Origin: a bacterium | GTDB taxonomy: Bacteria; Patescibacteriota; Saccharimonadia; CAILAD01; JADZBC01 | Direction: 5' to 3' | Length of the DNA: 64,000 nucleotides | Assembly (NCBI GenBank): GCA_020852295.1 | Contig: JADZBC010000009.1 | Location: 216,058 to 280,057, forward strand | In this document: piece after piece, positions 49,413 to 58,060 of the stretch | How positions within the stretch are numbered: position 1 is the first letter of the stretch | Layout: each line of letters opens with the position of its first letter | Notes under the pieces: model-generated | Told to the model about the DNA's origin: nothing | The model's database searches: none | What the model saw: only the letters and a program-made list of their open reading frames with translations | Program-made: the position numbers and the translations under genes

Positions 49413-49478
49413 TTGGCAAAAACGATGTATGGCGCTTAGTCTCAATCTAGCTACTGAGTGTGTCAAACAATAAGAATC

Positions 49479-51152
49479 CTATACTTCGGGTTGTGGTACA
49501 AATCCGGTGTGCTGTGGATCTCCTTCGGGCGTGGTGTTGACCAGCGGGATGGAGTTGGCGCGCAGGTCGCGTACCCACTGGCGATCGCCACTAAATCCCG
49601 GCTGCGTCATCAGGGTATGACTCAAAAAGAGCCAGTTGAGTGCATTGGGGACGGTGGTGAATTCATAGTTGTGAGCCTTGGCGAGCAGGCGAGTTGATTC
49701 GCAGAGCCGTTCGTAGGCGATATGATCCGTCATGAGAGCATAGATTTTATCCACCCAGGCCTGAATATCTTCAGGATCGAGTACGTAGCCTGACTGCCCT
49801 GGGACGATCTGTAGTGGTATGCCGCCGCGCGATGAGCCGAGCACTGGGATGCCCTGCAGAATGGCATCAGTCACGCGCGATTCAAAACCCTCCTTGGTAG
49901 ATGGCTGCAGGGCGAGACTGCTGTGGCGCAAAAGGGCATTGATAGCAATGTCGTTAGCGGGGACGCGGGCGATCTTGATGTCATCTTTGATGTGCCAGTA
50001 TTTCTCGCGTCGCAGACGCATCATTTCATCAAGCAACGGCTTGCCATCAGGATCGTCAACCGAACCGTTGCCAATAATCGCAAGCTGAGGAATTTGTTCG
50101 GTTCGGAGTCCGTGGCTGCGCATCATGTCATGCGCTCGCGCGTAGGCTTCGAGGGCAATTGGCATACCCTTGGAGGGGTCGAACCGGGCAATCAGGGCAA
50201 TGTAGCGGCGACTAGTAGTGAGCGGTTTCTGTTGTTCGTTTTTCTGGAGTTGGGCGTTGATAAAACCAAGTCCGACGAGCGACTCGATATGGGTGAGTGG
50301 TCGATTGAGATCGTCGAGCGGATCGCTGGTGGCCGGCATGAAGACAACCTTTTCGTTGGGCACATCGGGCGGTACAAATTCATCTTTCGGGTGGGTAATA
50401 AAGACGTCCGCTCGCTTCACTTGGTTGTGATTCCATATAAAATCCCAAGTGGTGTGTTGTGGTGTGCCGGGCGTACTCATGAGCTTGCCTTCAGTCTGGA
50501 TGTGGTCACGAAATAGAATCTTAGCACCCGGGTTGTAGCCAGGTTTTTTGGTGCTGCCCTTGATGAACGGGATTAATCCTGAGGGCTGCCAATCATCTAT
50601 CACGATCACGTCGGCTGAGCTGAGAGGCTCGCGTAGAGTCCGAGCATTGTGCTCGATCCACCGATTGTAGATCTCTTTGTCCTCCGCGGTGAGGTGCACT
50701 TCGGGATCAGCTACACCCTGAAGGACGTTGTGGAATTTGTGCTTGGTGATATCAAACGCCGCCTGGTCGGGCGTGAGGACATACCAATGGGCATCGATGC
50801 CGACCAATTGCAGAAGGGCGATCAGTGGCGCGCGCATGATGGCAACGCCGCCACCCTCGGCTGTCGCGTTGACGAAGATGATTTTTTTACCGCGCAGCGC
50901 TTCGCTGTAGGTTTTGAGCAGGGCAATGTCGCGACCTGACCCGGCTGCATTATAGTCGTTGGCGCTGATCTTGCTGCGAATATGTACTTCACGCGTTTGC
51001 TCGTCAAGCAATTTCTCAAACGTATGATGTTTAACTACAGAAAAGCTGCCTCTTGTGTGAGGTGGCTGCTGTCTTGATTGAAGTCGATTTTTTATTTTGG
51101 CGAGCATTTTTATTTTGGTTATGTTACCTACAATTATACGCTCTTCAGTCAA
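49479..51152 (-). CDS. GT4 glycosyltransferase, trehalose synthase/phosphorylase (TreT-like); start uncertain
   Basis: NATAEGGGVA, ITKHKFHNVLQG, ARFDPSKG, DDPDG and QPSTKEGF motifs. Confidence 0.85.
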   Translation of the reverse strand: MTEERIIVGNITKIKMLAKIKNRLQSRQQPPHTRGSFSVVKHHTFEKLLDEQTREVHIRSKISANDYNAAGSGRDIALLKTYSEALRGKKIIFVNATAEGGGVAIMRAPLIALLQLVGIDAHWYVLTPDQAAFDITKHKFHNVLQGVADPEVHLTAEDKEIYNRWIEHNARTLREPLSSADVIVIDDWQPSGLIPFIKGSTKKPGYNPGAKILFRDHIQTEGKLMSTPGTPQHTTWDFIWNHNQVKRADVFITHPKDEFVPPDVPNEKVVFMPATSDPLDDLNRPLTHIESLVGLGFINAQLQKNEQQKPLTTSRRYIALIARFDPSKGMPIALEAYARAHDMMRSHGLRTEQIPQLAIIGNGSVDDPDGKPLLDEMMRLRREKYWHIKDDIKIARVPANDIAINALLRHSSLALQPSTKEGFESRVTDAILQGIPVLGSSRGGIPLQIVPGQSGYVLDPEDIQAWVDKIYALMTDHIAYERLCESTRLLAKAHNYEFTTVPNALNWLFLSHTLMTQPGFSGDRQWVRDLRANSIPLVNTTPEGDPQHTGFVPQPEV

Positions 51153-51177
51153 GGATTCAACCGCACAATAGATGCAG

Positions 51178-51711
51178 CTACATGCTTGGCATGGACATAA
51201 AGTTGACGTTCGAAGGAATACTTAGCTTTGCTTCATCGACGGTCCAGCTGGAACATTTAAGTTCAAATTTCTGGTTTGGGTCGGCAGCGTTTGAATTTCC
51301 GTTCGAACCCTTACCGCTTGTGAGTGTTGACTTATTGTAGATAAAACCAACAGTTTTGCCATCTGTCTCGGTCCATCCGTAGACCTTGTCATTGAGCAGT
51401 AGCGTATTGATCGTACCGCTATTTCCCTTGGTAGCCTTTACGTCTATCGTCATGAGGCCGCGTGCTTTGCCATCAGTGTACATCTTACCTAGCCCGTTAC
51501 CGCTGCTGCTGGTGTAGCTGAAGGTACATTGACGGGCGCTGCCCGCATCGACGATCGAGAAGATATTGCCGCTTTCAGACGTCTGCTCGGTACTTTGCTT
51601 GCTAGTGCTCTCAGTTGTTTGCTGGGCTGGCTTTGCAAAGACAAAATAGCTCATCAGACCAGCTACGATACCAACTACGAAAATCGCCCCAATGATAAGT
51701 TTAGACTTCAT
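51178..51711 (-). CDS. Membrane-anchored/secreted hypothetical protein
   Basis: N-terminal TM helix, two Cys, C-terminal IPSNVNF. Confidence 0.75.
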   Translation of the reverse strand: MKSKLIIGAIFVVGIVAGLMSYFVFAKPAQQTTESTSKQSTEQTSESGNIFSIVDAGSARQCTFSYTSSSGNGLGKMYTDGKARGLMTIDVKATKGNSGTINTLLLNDKVYGWTETDGKTVGFIYNKSTLTSGKGSNGNSNAADPNQKFELKCSSWTVDEAKLSIPSNVNFMSMPSM

Positions 51712-51825
51712 ATTTTTCTCCTTACATATAGACTCAGGATACTCCCGAGGAGAGAATTATTAAAGACTAGAATGCTTAAGTATTTACCCGCGGAGTATAA
51801 TAGTAAGTAGGAAGAGAGGTGCATT

Positions 51826-52332
51826 ATGAAGCTACCAAATACCTACACAGACAAAAATGAAACAGGTTGCTGCGCTGTGCCAAATGTCTCGGCGTGGAAC
51901 GAGAAAGAGGTGAGTTTTGAGGATAAGAAATTTATCCGGCAGTACACCCGTAGTTTTCTGTTTATACCTCTCAACATGGCTAAAGTCATGACTCAGCTGC
52001 AGAAAATTGCCGCCGAAGCTCACGTCGAAGTGGATCCAAAGGAAGTGATGATATTGAGCCGCGATCTATTGCCGTGGAAAGCAGAGCAGCTCTATGCGGT
52101 GAGCAAAGAGGTGCCCGGGGCAGATAACGTGACATTGTCAGGAGATTTTCTGACCCAAACGTTCGAAGGTCCATATAGTGATGCAAAAAAATGGTATGAC
52201 AGTCTGACGGCGTTTGCGAAAAAGAAAGCCAAGACAGTGGAGCGTGTTTATTTGTTTTACACCACGTGCCCAAAATGTGCTAAGCACTATGGCAAAAACT
52301 ATACGATCGGCCTCGCGAAGATAGCCAGCTAA
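51826..52332 (+). CDS. Conserved hypothetical protein with CC and CPKC motifs
   Basis: TGCC, FEGPY and YTTCPKCAKHYGKNY; SD GAGG. Confidence 0.75.
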   Translation: MKLPNTYTDKNETGCCAVPNVSAWNEKEVSFEDKKFIRQYTRSFLFIPLNMAKVMTQLQKIAAEAHVEVDPKEVMILSRDLLPWKAEQLYAVSKEVPGADNVTLSGDFLTQTFEGPYSDAKKWYDSLTAFAKKKAKTVERVYLFYTTCPKCAKHYGKNYTIGLAKIAS

Positions 52333-53249
52333 TCGCGTCTGCGCAGAAAATACCAGGCTAAGGCGGCGCTCATGGCGCCGGCGATGAGTGCTATGATCCA
52401 AAAAGTCATCGGGTGGCTTTCGTCGCCCGGTAGTTTGACGTTCATGCCATACAGTCCGGAAATCATGGTCGGAATGGTCAGTGCTAGTGTGATGACAGTA
52501 AGTAGCCGGATGGTCTCATTGAGTCGTGTATCCATAACTGCTCGAAACGAATCGCGCACGTTCGTGATAGTACGTAGCAAGCTCTTACAGCGGGCGATAA
52601 CCTGCTCGAGCTCGATCGACAAATCCTCAACTAAATCTTTGTCTTCATCAAATTTCTTTAACTTGCCGCCAAGCAGTCTCTCGACAACTTCATTGGTCGG
52701 CAGGAGTGCATCAAGAAAGTCATTGAGCTGACGCTCATACTCTACAAACACAGCAATATCCTCGGAGCGGAGGCTGGTAAACTTGCGAATCGCCACGCGT
52801 AATTGCCGATTGATTGCAGCAACTTTTTGCTGGTACTCAACCACAACTCGCTCAAGTAGCAGCAGTACCAGCTGTGACTGCATGGTGGTAGCGATCGGGA
52901 CCTTTTCTACTAGTGGTTGCCACAGACTGCCCAGTGAATCGTGGCAAACTGTTACGACGCAATCTTTGTGGACGATAAACATGATCGGGGTAGTAAAGTC
53001 ACCTTGGCTCTCATCGAGCATTGGTGCACGAATGATGAAATAAGTATTTGGGCCGACCGTCTCTAGGCGGGGAATCTCATAGGGGTCAAGCGCGTCAGTC
53101 ACGAGATCCTGGTCGACGCCGAGCTGATCGACGAGCTGACTTACCTCGGTCTCATTTGGGTTTTCAATGCGCACCCAGCAACCCTTCTGCAGCTCCTTGA
53201 TGGTCTGGGGGTGGGGCGAGGCGAGCGAACTAAAAAGAATCTTTTGCAT
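52329..53249 (-). CDS. CorA family Mg2+ transporter
   Basis: GLYGMNV signature between two C-terminal TM helices. Confidence 0.92.
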   Translation of the reverse strand: MQKILFSSLASPHPQTIKELQKGCWVRIENPNETEVSQLVDQLGVDQDLVTDALDPYEIPRLETVGPNTYFIIRAPMLDESQGDFTTPIMFIVHKDCVVTVCHDSLGSLWQPLVEKVPIATTMQSQLVLLLLERVVVEYQQKVAAINRQLRVAIRKFTSLRSEDIAVFVEYERQLNDFLDALLPTNEVVERLLGGKLKKFDEDKDLVEDLSIELEQVIARCKSLLRTITNVRDSFRAVMDTRLNETIRLLTVITLALTIPTMISGLYGMNVKLPGDESHPMTFWIIALIAGAMSAALAWYFLRRRD

Positions 53250-53257
53250 AAGGAGCC

Positions 53258-53746
53258 CTAAACTTTAAAGACAAGCCCGACGAGTACGCCGAGCAGTGCT
53301 GCCATGCCACCGACAAACAAAATCTTAAGGCCACCTTTGATGGGACTAACATGAATTAGTTTGCCTTTGACGTAGCCAAGCAGAAACAGGCCGATAAGTG
53401 CAAAGACAATTGAAAAGATCAGTGAGCCGGGGTAGTTAAAGAACACCACTGGCAGGAGCGGTACGAGCCCGGCCAGGAAGTAGGATACGAGCATGAGCAG
53501 CCCACTGAGTAGTGGACCCTGGCTGTGGCGTTTTATCTTATCAATTTCCTGGACTGCATCATCACTCAGGTATTCACCAGCCCCCATTGAGAGGGCTTCA
53601 ATCGCGATCGCCACCGCGCCACCCAGCAACACTACCTTGCGGTCAGCTCCTACACTGAGGCCCGCAATCAGACCAGTGGTCGAGACTAGGCTGTCTTCGA
53701 TCCCAAAAATTACGCTTCGGACATACTCAAGGTTTGTTTTTTTCAT
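53258..53746 (-). CDS. VIT1/CCC1 family metal transporter
   Basis: IFGIEDSLVST and SMGAGEYLS motifs. Confidence 0.9.
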   Translation of the reverse strand: MKKTNLEYVRSVIFGIEDSLVSTTGLIAGLSVGADRKVVLLGGAVAIAIEALSMGAGEYLSDDAVQEIDKIKRHSQGPLLSGLLMLVSYFLAGLVPLLPVVFFNYPGSLIFSIVFALIGLFLLGYVKGKLIHVSPIKGGLKILFVGGMAALLGVLVGLVFKV

Positions 53747-53767
53747 ACTGATATCTTAGTGCAATCC

Positions 53768-54208
53768 CTACTTGCTGCCAAATAGTAGGTATATCGTTGG
53801 CATAAGTATAAAAAATAGAAACCCGAACATGCAAAGCATGGAAATAATAAATGAGAGAAAACCTTTAATAGGAACCGCATTATATTCGAATGGTTCATCG
53901 TCGAGTGGGGCAAACGGGCCTCGCCATCGTCGGATAGATAATGACCAGTACAAAAACCGGCCTGTTTTACGGATAAAGATAATATATGGGATGTAGAAAA
54001 AAAGGAGATATTCGACGAAAAACACATTCATGAAAATAATGAGCGGTACATACTCAGCTTGTTCAGTAGAGTTGGTTTCGCCGAGCTTGATGTAGAAGTA
54101 GCCAAGAATACCCATTACGACCGCATAATACAAAAGAAACGCTGCGATGCGTCGCCCAGTAACGAACGGGAAGTCCTTTGGTTGTTTGGCTATGTTTTTT
54201 GTTGCCAT
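53768..54208 (-). CDS. Hypothetical membrane protein
   Basis: AT-rich ORF with three TM segments; TAAGCT 6 nt before the ATG. Confidence 0.6.
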   Translation of the reverse strand: MATKNIAKQPKDFPFVTGRRIAAFLLYYAVVMGILGYFYIKLGETNSTEQAEYVPLIIFMNVFFVEYLLFFYIPYIIFIRKTGRFLYWSLSIRRWRGPFAPLDDEPFEYNAVPIKGFLSFIISMLCMFGFLFFILMPTIYLLFGSK

Positions 54209-54250
54209 AGTAAAAGCTTAAGTGGTTCGCATGATAAAGGCAATTGCTCT

Positions 54251-54279
54251 TGTCAAAAGTATTGCAATATTGCCTAATT
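54251..54279 (+). promoter_or_regulatory. Promoter region TTGCAA-17-TAGAGT (cassette B1); hexamers near 54262-54290
   Basis: ttgcaa-tattgcctaatttatgt-tagagt upstream of the cassette; analogous promoters precede B2 and B3. Confidence 0.55.
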
Positions 54280-54343
54280 TATGTTAGAGTATATTTTCCG
54301 CTCAATCCCGAGTGGTAACCCGTTCCCCGACAACTGGAGTGAC

Positions 54344-54712
54344 ATGCCCAAGAAGAAGAACAACCCCAAGCTCGTGACCGGTGAGGTCAAGTGGACCCTG
54401 ACGGACCGAGGCAAGGCTGGTCGTTGCCACCACCTGGTGGACATCGATGGCAAGCGAGTGCGCGGCACCGCCGGCATCAAGCTGGACGGCTACTGCACCA
54501 TCGTCTACAACCCCGCCAACGAGACCATCCGCTTCGTCGAGCGTTCGATCATGGACATCGACGAGGTGCCGCGTGGCGCCAAGCTGGTCCTCGAGCACGT
54601 GGGCGACCCGGTCGCCCGCTGGGGCTTCCTCCCGGCCGATCTCGGCGGCAACCCGCCGGAGGGCACGGTCGTGATCATCGGCTCCTCGGAGCTGGCCACG
54701 GCCAACGCCTGA
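54344..54712 (+). CDS. Hypothetical protein, cold-shock/OB-like family copy 1, GC-rich cassette
   Basis: SD GGAGTGA; 25 of the first 30 codons end in G/C; IRFV, GAKLV and WGF blocks are shared with its neighbours. Confidence 0.75.
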   Translation: MPKKKNNPKLVTGEVKWTLTDRGKAGRCHHLVDIDGKRVRGTAGIKLDGYCTIVYNPANETIRFVERSIMDIDEVPRGAKLVLEHVGDPVARWGFLPADLGGNPPEGTVVIIGSSELATANA

Positions 54713-54758
54713 GACCTTCGGGTCGAACGGGACCCGGGACGCAGTTGCGTCCCGGGGA

Positions 54759-54802
54759 TCCCCCTGAGCTATCTTATGCAAAGATGGTTGAGGGGGATTT
54801 TT
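54759..54802 (+). repeat. 44-nt terminal hairpin with G-G mismatch, copy 1
   Basis: TCCCCCTGAGCTATCTTATGCAAAGATGGTTGAGGGGGATTTTT, identical at 55315-55358. Confidence 0.92.
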
Positions 54803-54894
54803 TGTAGCTATACAATATTGAAATTACATTATAAATATGTTAAAGTGATATGACCCTCTCACGAGGGCCCGTTCCCCGACACAAGGAGGCAGCA

Positions 54895-55269
54895 ATGCCC
54901 GAAAGCACCCAGACAATCCTCGCGGTTGTCAGCGAAGTCCATGCCCGGCACGCTCCGCACACCTTCGACGCCATGGGACTGTTCATTCTCGACAGTGATC
55001 AGCCCCACGACGCGTCGTATCGCGGTTTGCGTCCGCTCGGCTTCCGCTGTTCGCACTTCGATGAGCAGACAGGTCGAGTCTGGTTCGGTGACGTCGATGA
55101 GGCACACCGTGTCTCGGCGCCGTCCATCCGCGACCTGGAAGCCGGCCAACAGTTGGTCCTTATCCAGGAGCAGGCTGGTGAGTTGCTGTGGGGTCTGCCC
55201 ACGCCCACTCTCAAGGCGGCCCTCGACTACATGTTCGATGGGTTCATGCAGCTGGCCTACGGTGGCTGA
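54895..55269 (+). CDS. Hypothetical protein, cold-shock/OB-like family copy 2, GC-rich cassette
   Basis: Promoter TTGAAA-17-TAAAGT (54818-54846); SD AAGGAGG; VWFG, GQQLV and WGL blocks. Confidence 0.75.
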   Translation: MPESTQTILAVVSEVHARHAPHTFDAMGLFILDSDQPHDASYRGLRPLGFRCSHFDEQTGRVWFGDVDEAHRVSAPSIRDLEAGQQLVLIQEQAGELLWGLPTPTLKAALDYMFDGFMQLAYGG

Positions 55270-55314
55270 CACCTCGGCTGGAACGGGACCTGAGGCGCGC
55301 AAGCGCCTCGGGAG

Positions 55315-55358
55315 TCCCCCTGAGCTATCTTATGCAAAGATGGTTGAGGGGGATTTTT
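55315..55358 (+). repeat. 44-nt terminal hairpin with G-G mismatch, copy 2
   Basis: Exact repeat of 54759-54802. Confidence 0.92.
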
Positions 55359-55449
55359 AGTATTGAAAAAATTGTGTAATCATGCTATAGTATCAAAACT
55401 CTCTCAGCCGAGAGGGTATCCGTTCCCCGACAGATTAGATTGGACCCCG

Positions 55450-55926
55450 ATGACCCAACGCAATTCATCCTCCCGCCGTCCACGAGGTGATCAGCCTCGT
55501 CGTGCTGGAGGTACTCCCTCCCGTGCCGATGCCCGAACGGGCGGCACACGTACGGGCCAACCGCCGCGTCGCAAGATGTCGGCTACCACCCATCGAGCCA
55601 TCGTCAAGGTGCTCGACCCCCGCAACGAGGGTCAGTACTTCGGCTTCGTTCGACTGCTCGACGAGCAGGGTGTGCAGACCGGCGAGGAGGTCTACTTCCG
55701 CTGGAATGACGGCAGCCCCGTCGAGTACAAGCCGGGCGGCCACGTCTGGTTCGTCGACCCGAACAACAAGGGCGACCACAAGCGCAAGCCGGTGGTCGAG
55801 CGACCCATGCCGGGCGACCACATCGTCTGCCGTGTCGTGGTCACGCATCGCGGCAAGAAGGTCCTGATGTGGGGCTTCTACGACCGCGACCTCCACGAGG
55901 CAGCGATTCGTCAGGGTTGCGACTGA
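55450..55926 (+). CDS. Cold-shock-domain-like protein with Arg-rich N-terminus, copy 3, GC-rich cassette
   Basis: Promoter TTGAAA-17-TATAGT (55363-55391); RNP1-like FGFV, RNP2-like EVYF, GDHIV..HRGKK and WGF. Confidence 0.72.
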   Translation: MTQRNSSSRRPRGDQPRRAGGTPSRADARTGGTRTGQPPRRKMSATTHRAIVKVLDPRNEGQYFGFVRLLDEQGVQTGEEVYFRWNDGSPVEYKPGGHVWFVDPNNKGDHKRKPVVERPMPGDHIVCRVVVTHRGKKVLMWGFYDRDLHEAAIRQGCD

Positions 55927-55967
55927 TCCAAGTCGGGGCAACGCCCGGAGCGCGCAAGCGTTCCGGG

Positions 55968-56005
55968 TAGCCCCTGAGCCAATAGTCATGTTGGTTGAGG
56001 GGCTA
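55968..56005 (+). repeat. Diverged third copy of the G-G mismatch hairpin
   Basis: TAGCCCCT-G-AGCCAATA-gtca-TGTTGGTT-G-AGGGGCTA, with compensatory changes relative to copies 1 and 2. Confidence 0.8.
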
Positions 56006-56079
56006 GAGATAATCATTAAAAAGTGCTATAGTTGAAGCCTAATTAGGTGGCGACTGTAGACACGCAGGCGCTTATTTTT

Positions 56080-57897
56080 ATGGCACAAAATCCCCAAAAC
56101 ATTCGAAATATTGCAATTATTGCCCACGTTGACCACGGTAAGACGACCTTGGTCGATGGTCTGCTCAAGCAGTCCAAGACATTTCGCGATAACCAGGCCG
56201 AGATGGAGCAGTCGCTCATCATGGACAGTGGTGATCAAGAGCGCGAACGGGGTATTACTATTACTGCCAAGGTAACTGCCGTCTCGCATGGCGATTACCG
56301 AATCAATATTATCGACACACCGGGTCACGCGGATTTCTCAGGTGAAGTGGAGCGAACGCTGAACATGGCTGATGGCTGTATTCTTGTCGTCGATGCTCAA
56401 GAGGGGCCAATGCCGCAGACGAAGTTTGTGCTCCAGCAGGCTTTGGTCAACAACCTCAAGCCAATCGTTGTTATCAATAAGATCGACAAGCCAGCCCGAC
56501 GTATCGCCGAGGTTGAGAATGAATTGGCCGATCTCTTTTTGGAGCTGGCAGTTCATGAGGATCAGCTCCATTACCCGATTTACTACGCGGTGGGTCGCGA
56601 AGGGAAAGCCTGGGCTCAGATGCCAGACGACCCAGAGTCGGCGGGCGACCTTGAAGTCCTGTTTGACGCTATCATCAAAGATATCCCGGCTCCAACGGTT
56701 GAGCTCGATAAGCCGCTCCAGATGCTCGTAACTGCCCTGAGCTATGATTCGTATAAAGGGAAGTACGCGGTCGGCCGTATTAACCGCGGTCAGGTCAAGG
56801 CCGGTGACAGCGTGATGATTTGTAAACTCGATGGCAAACAGGTCCGCGCCAAGATCGAAGGCGTTTTCATGAGTCACGGCCTCAGTCGGTTTGACGTACC
56901 AGTCGGTGTGGCGGGCGATATCGTCCAGCTCACTGGACTTGGCGACATCAAGATCGGCGAGACGGTGGCGGATGCAGAAAAGCCTGAGGCCCTACCGGTC
57001 ATGCAGGTTGAAGAGCCAACACTTAAGATCTACATTGGTCCAAACACCAGTCCATTTAAGGGTCAAGAGGGCGAATTTGTTACTAACAACCAGATTGGCG
57101 AGCGTCTACACAAAGAGCTCGAGACCAACATTGGTCTGCGCGTTGAAAATGAAGGCCTTGGATATCTTGTATCGGGTCGCGGTGAGTTGCACCTGAGCGT
57201 GCTGATTGAGAATATGCGCCGAGAAGGCTTTGAGATGGAAGTTGGTCGCCCGCAGGTCGTGACCCGCCAAGTCGACGGGAAGACTGAGGAGCCGCTGGAG
57301 GAGCTCATCATCGAGGTGCCGGCTGAGCACGTTGGAGCTGTGCAGATGGAGCTGGGAGCTCGACAGGCTCAGGCCAAGGAGCAGTTTGTGACGAGCAAAG
57401 GTGTTACCAAGCTCGTTTATGAAGTGCCTACTCGCGTGCTGCTTGGTTTGCGCAACATTTTAGTCACCAAGACCAAGGGTACGATTATTATGAACTCGCT
57501 CGTCATCGGCTATCAGCCACAGGGTCCAGCCCTCCGACAGCTTCGCAATGGCGTACTGATCGCCTATGAATCCGGCACTACCACACCATACGCGTTGCAG
57601 AGTGCTCAAGAGCGCGGCACCGTCTTCGTCGGGCCAGCCGTTAAGGTGTACGCTGGGCAGATTGTTGGCCTCAATGCTCGTAGTGACGACTTAGAAGTGA
57701 ATGTCTGTAAAGAGAAACACCTTACCAACATGCGTAGTAGTAGCAGTGATGGTGTTGTGCAGCTCACGCCGCCAACCATCTTAAGCCTTGAAGAGTGCAT
57801 CGACTTTATTGAGAATGATGAGCTGGTCGAGGTTACGCCAAAATCACTTCGTCTGCGCAAGCGTGAACTCAGCGCGAATCAGCGCAAGAAGCGCTAG
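56080..57897 (+). CDS. typA: Translational GTPase TypA/BipA
   Basis: AHVDHGKTT, DTPGHADF, GRGELHL, KHLTNMR and EVTPKSLRLRK motifs. Confidence 0.97.
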   Translation: MAQNPQNIRNIAIIAHVDHGKTTLVDGLLKQSKTFRDNQAEMEQSLIMDSGDQERERGITITAKVTAVSHGDYRINIIDTPGHADFSGEVERTLNMADGCILVVDAQEGPMPQTKFVLQQALVNNLKPIVVINKIDKPARRIAEVENELADLFLELAVHEDQLHYPIYYAVGREGKAWAQMPDDPESAGDLEVLFDAIIKDIPAPTVELDKPLQMLVTALSYDSYKGKYAVGRINRGQVKAGDSVMICKLDGKQVRAKIEGVFMSHGLSRFDVPVGVAGDIVQLTGLGDIKIGETVADAEKPEALPVMQVEEPTLKIYIGPNTSPFKGQEGEFVTNNQIGERLHKELETNIGLRVENEGLGYLVSGRGELHLSVLIENMRREGFEMEVGRPQVVTRQVDGKTEEPLEELIIEVPAEHVGAVQMELGARQAQAKEQFVTSKGVTKLVYEVPTRVLLGLRNILVTKTKGTIIMNSLVIGYQPQGPALRQLRNGVLIAYESGTTTPYALQSAQERGTVFVGPAVKVYAGQIVGLNARSDDLEVNVCKEKHLTNMRSSSSDGVVQLTPPTILSLEECIDFIENDELVEVTPKSLRLRKRELSANQRKKR

Positions 57898-58060
57898 CCA
57901 AAGTTAATAGAGCCTTACGCTGAAAATAACACCCAGTTAAAACAGGGTGTTATTTTTTTAGAAAACTATTGTCGCGAAGTCTTAAAATGATGGTATTATT
58001 GAAATAACATAAGCACAATGTGCCTTATAATAGTATTGATTTTAGGAAGGATACATATCT

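Noticed and set aside
54251-56005. CRISPR array (GTTCCCCG resembles the start of type I-E repeats)
   Set aside because: Only a 13-nt motif, spaced ~550 nt apart by whole ORFs, with no cas genes.
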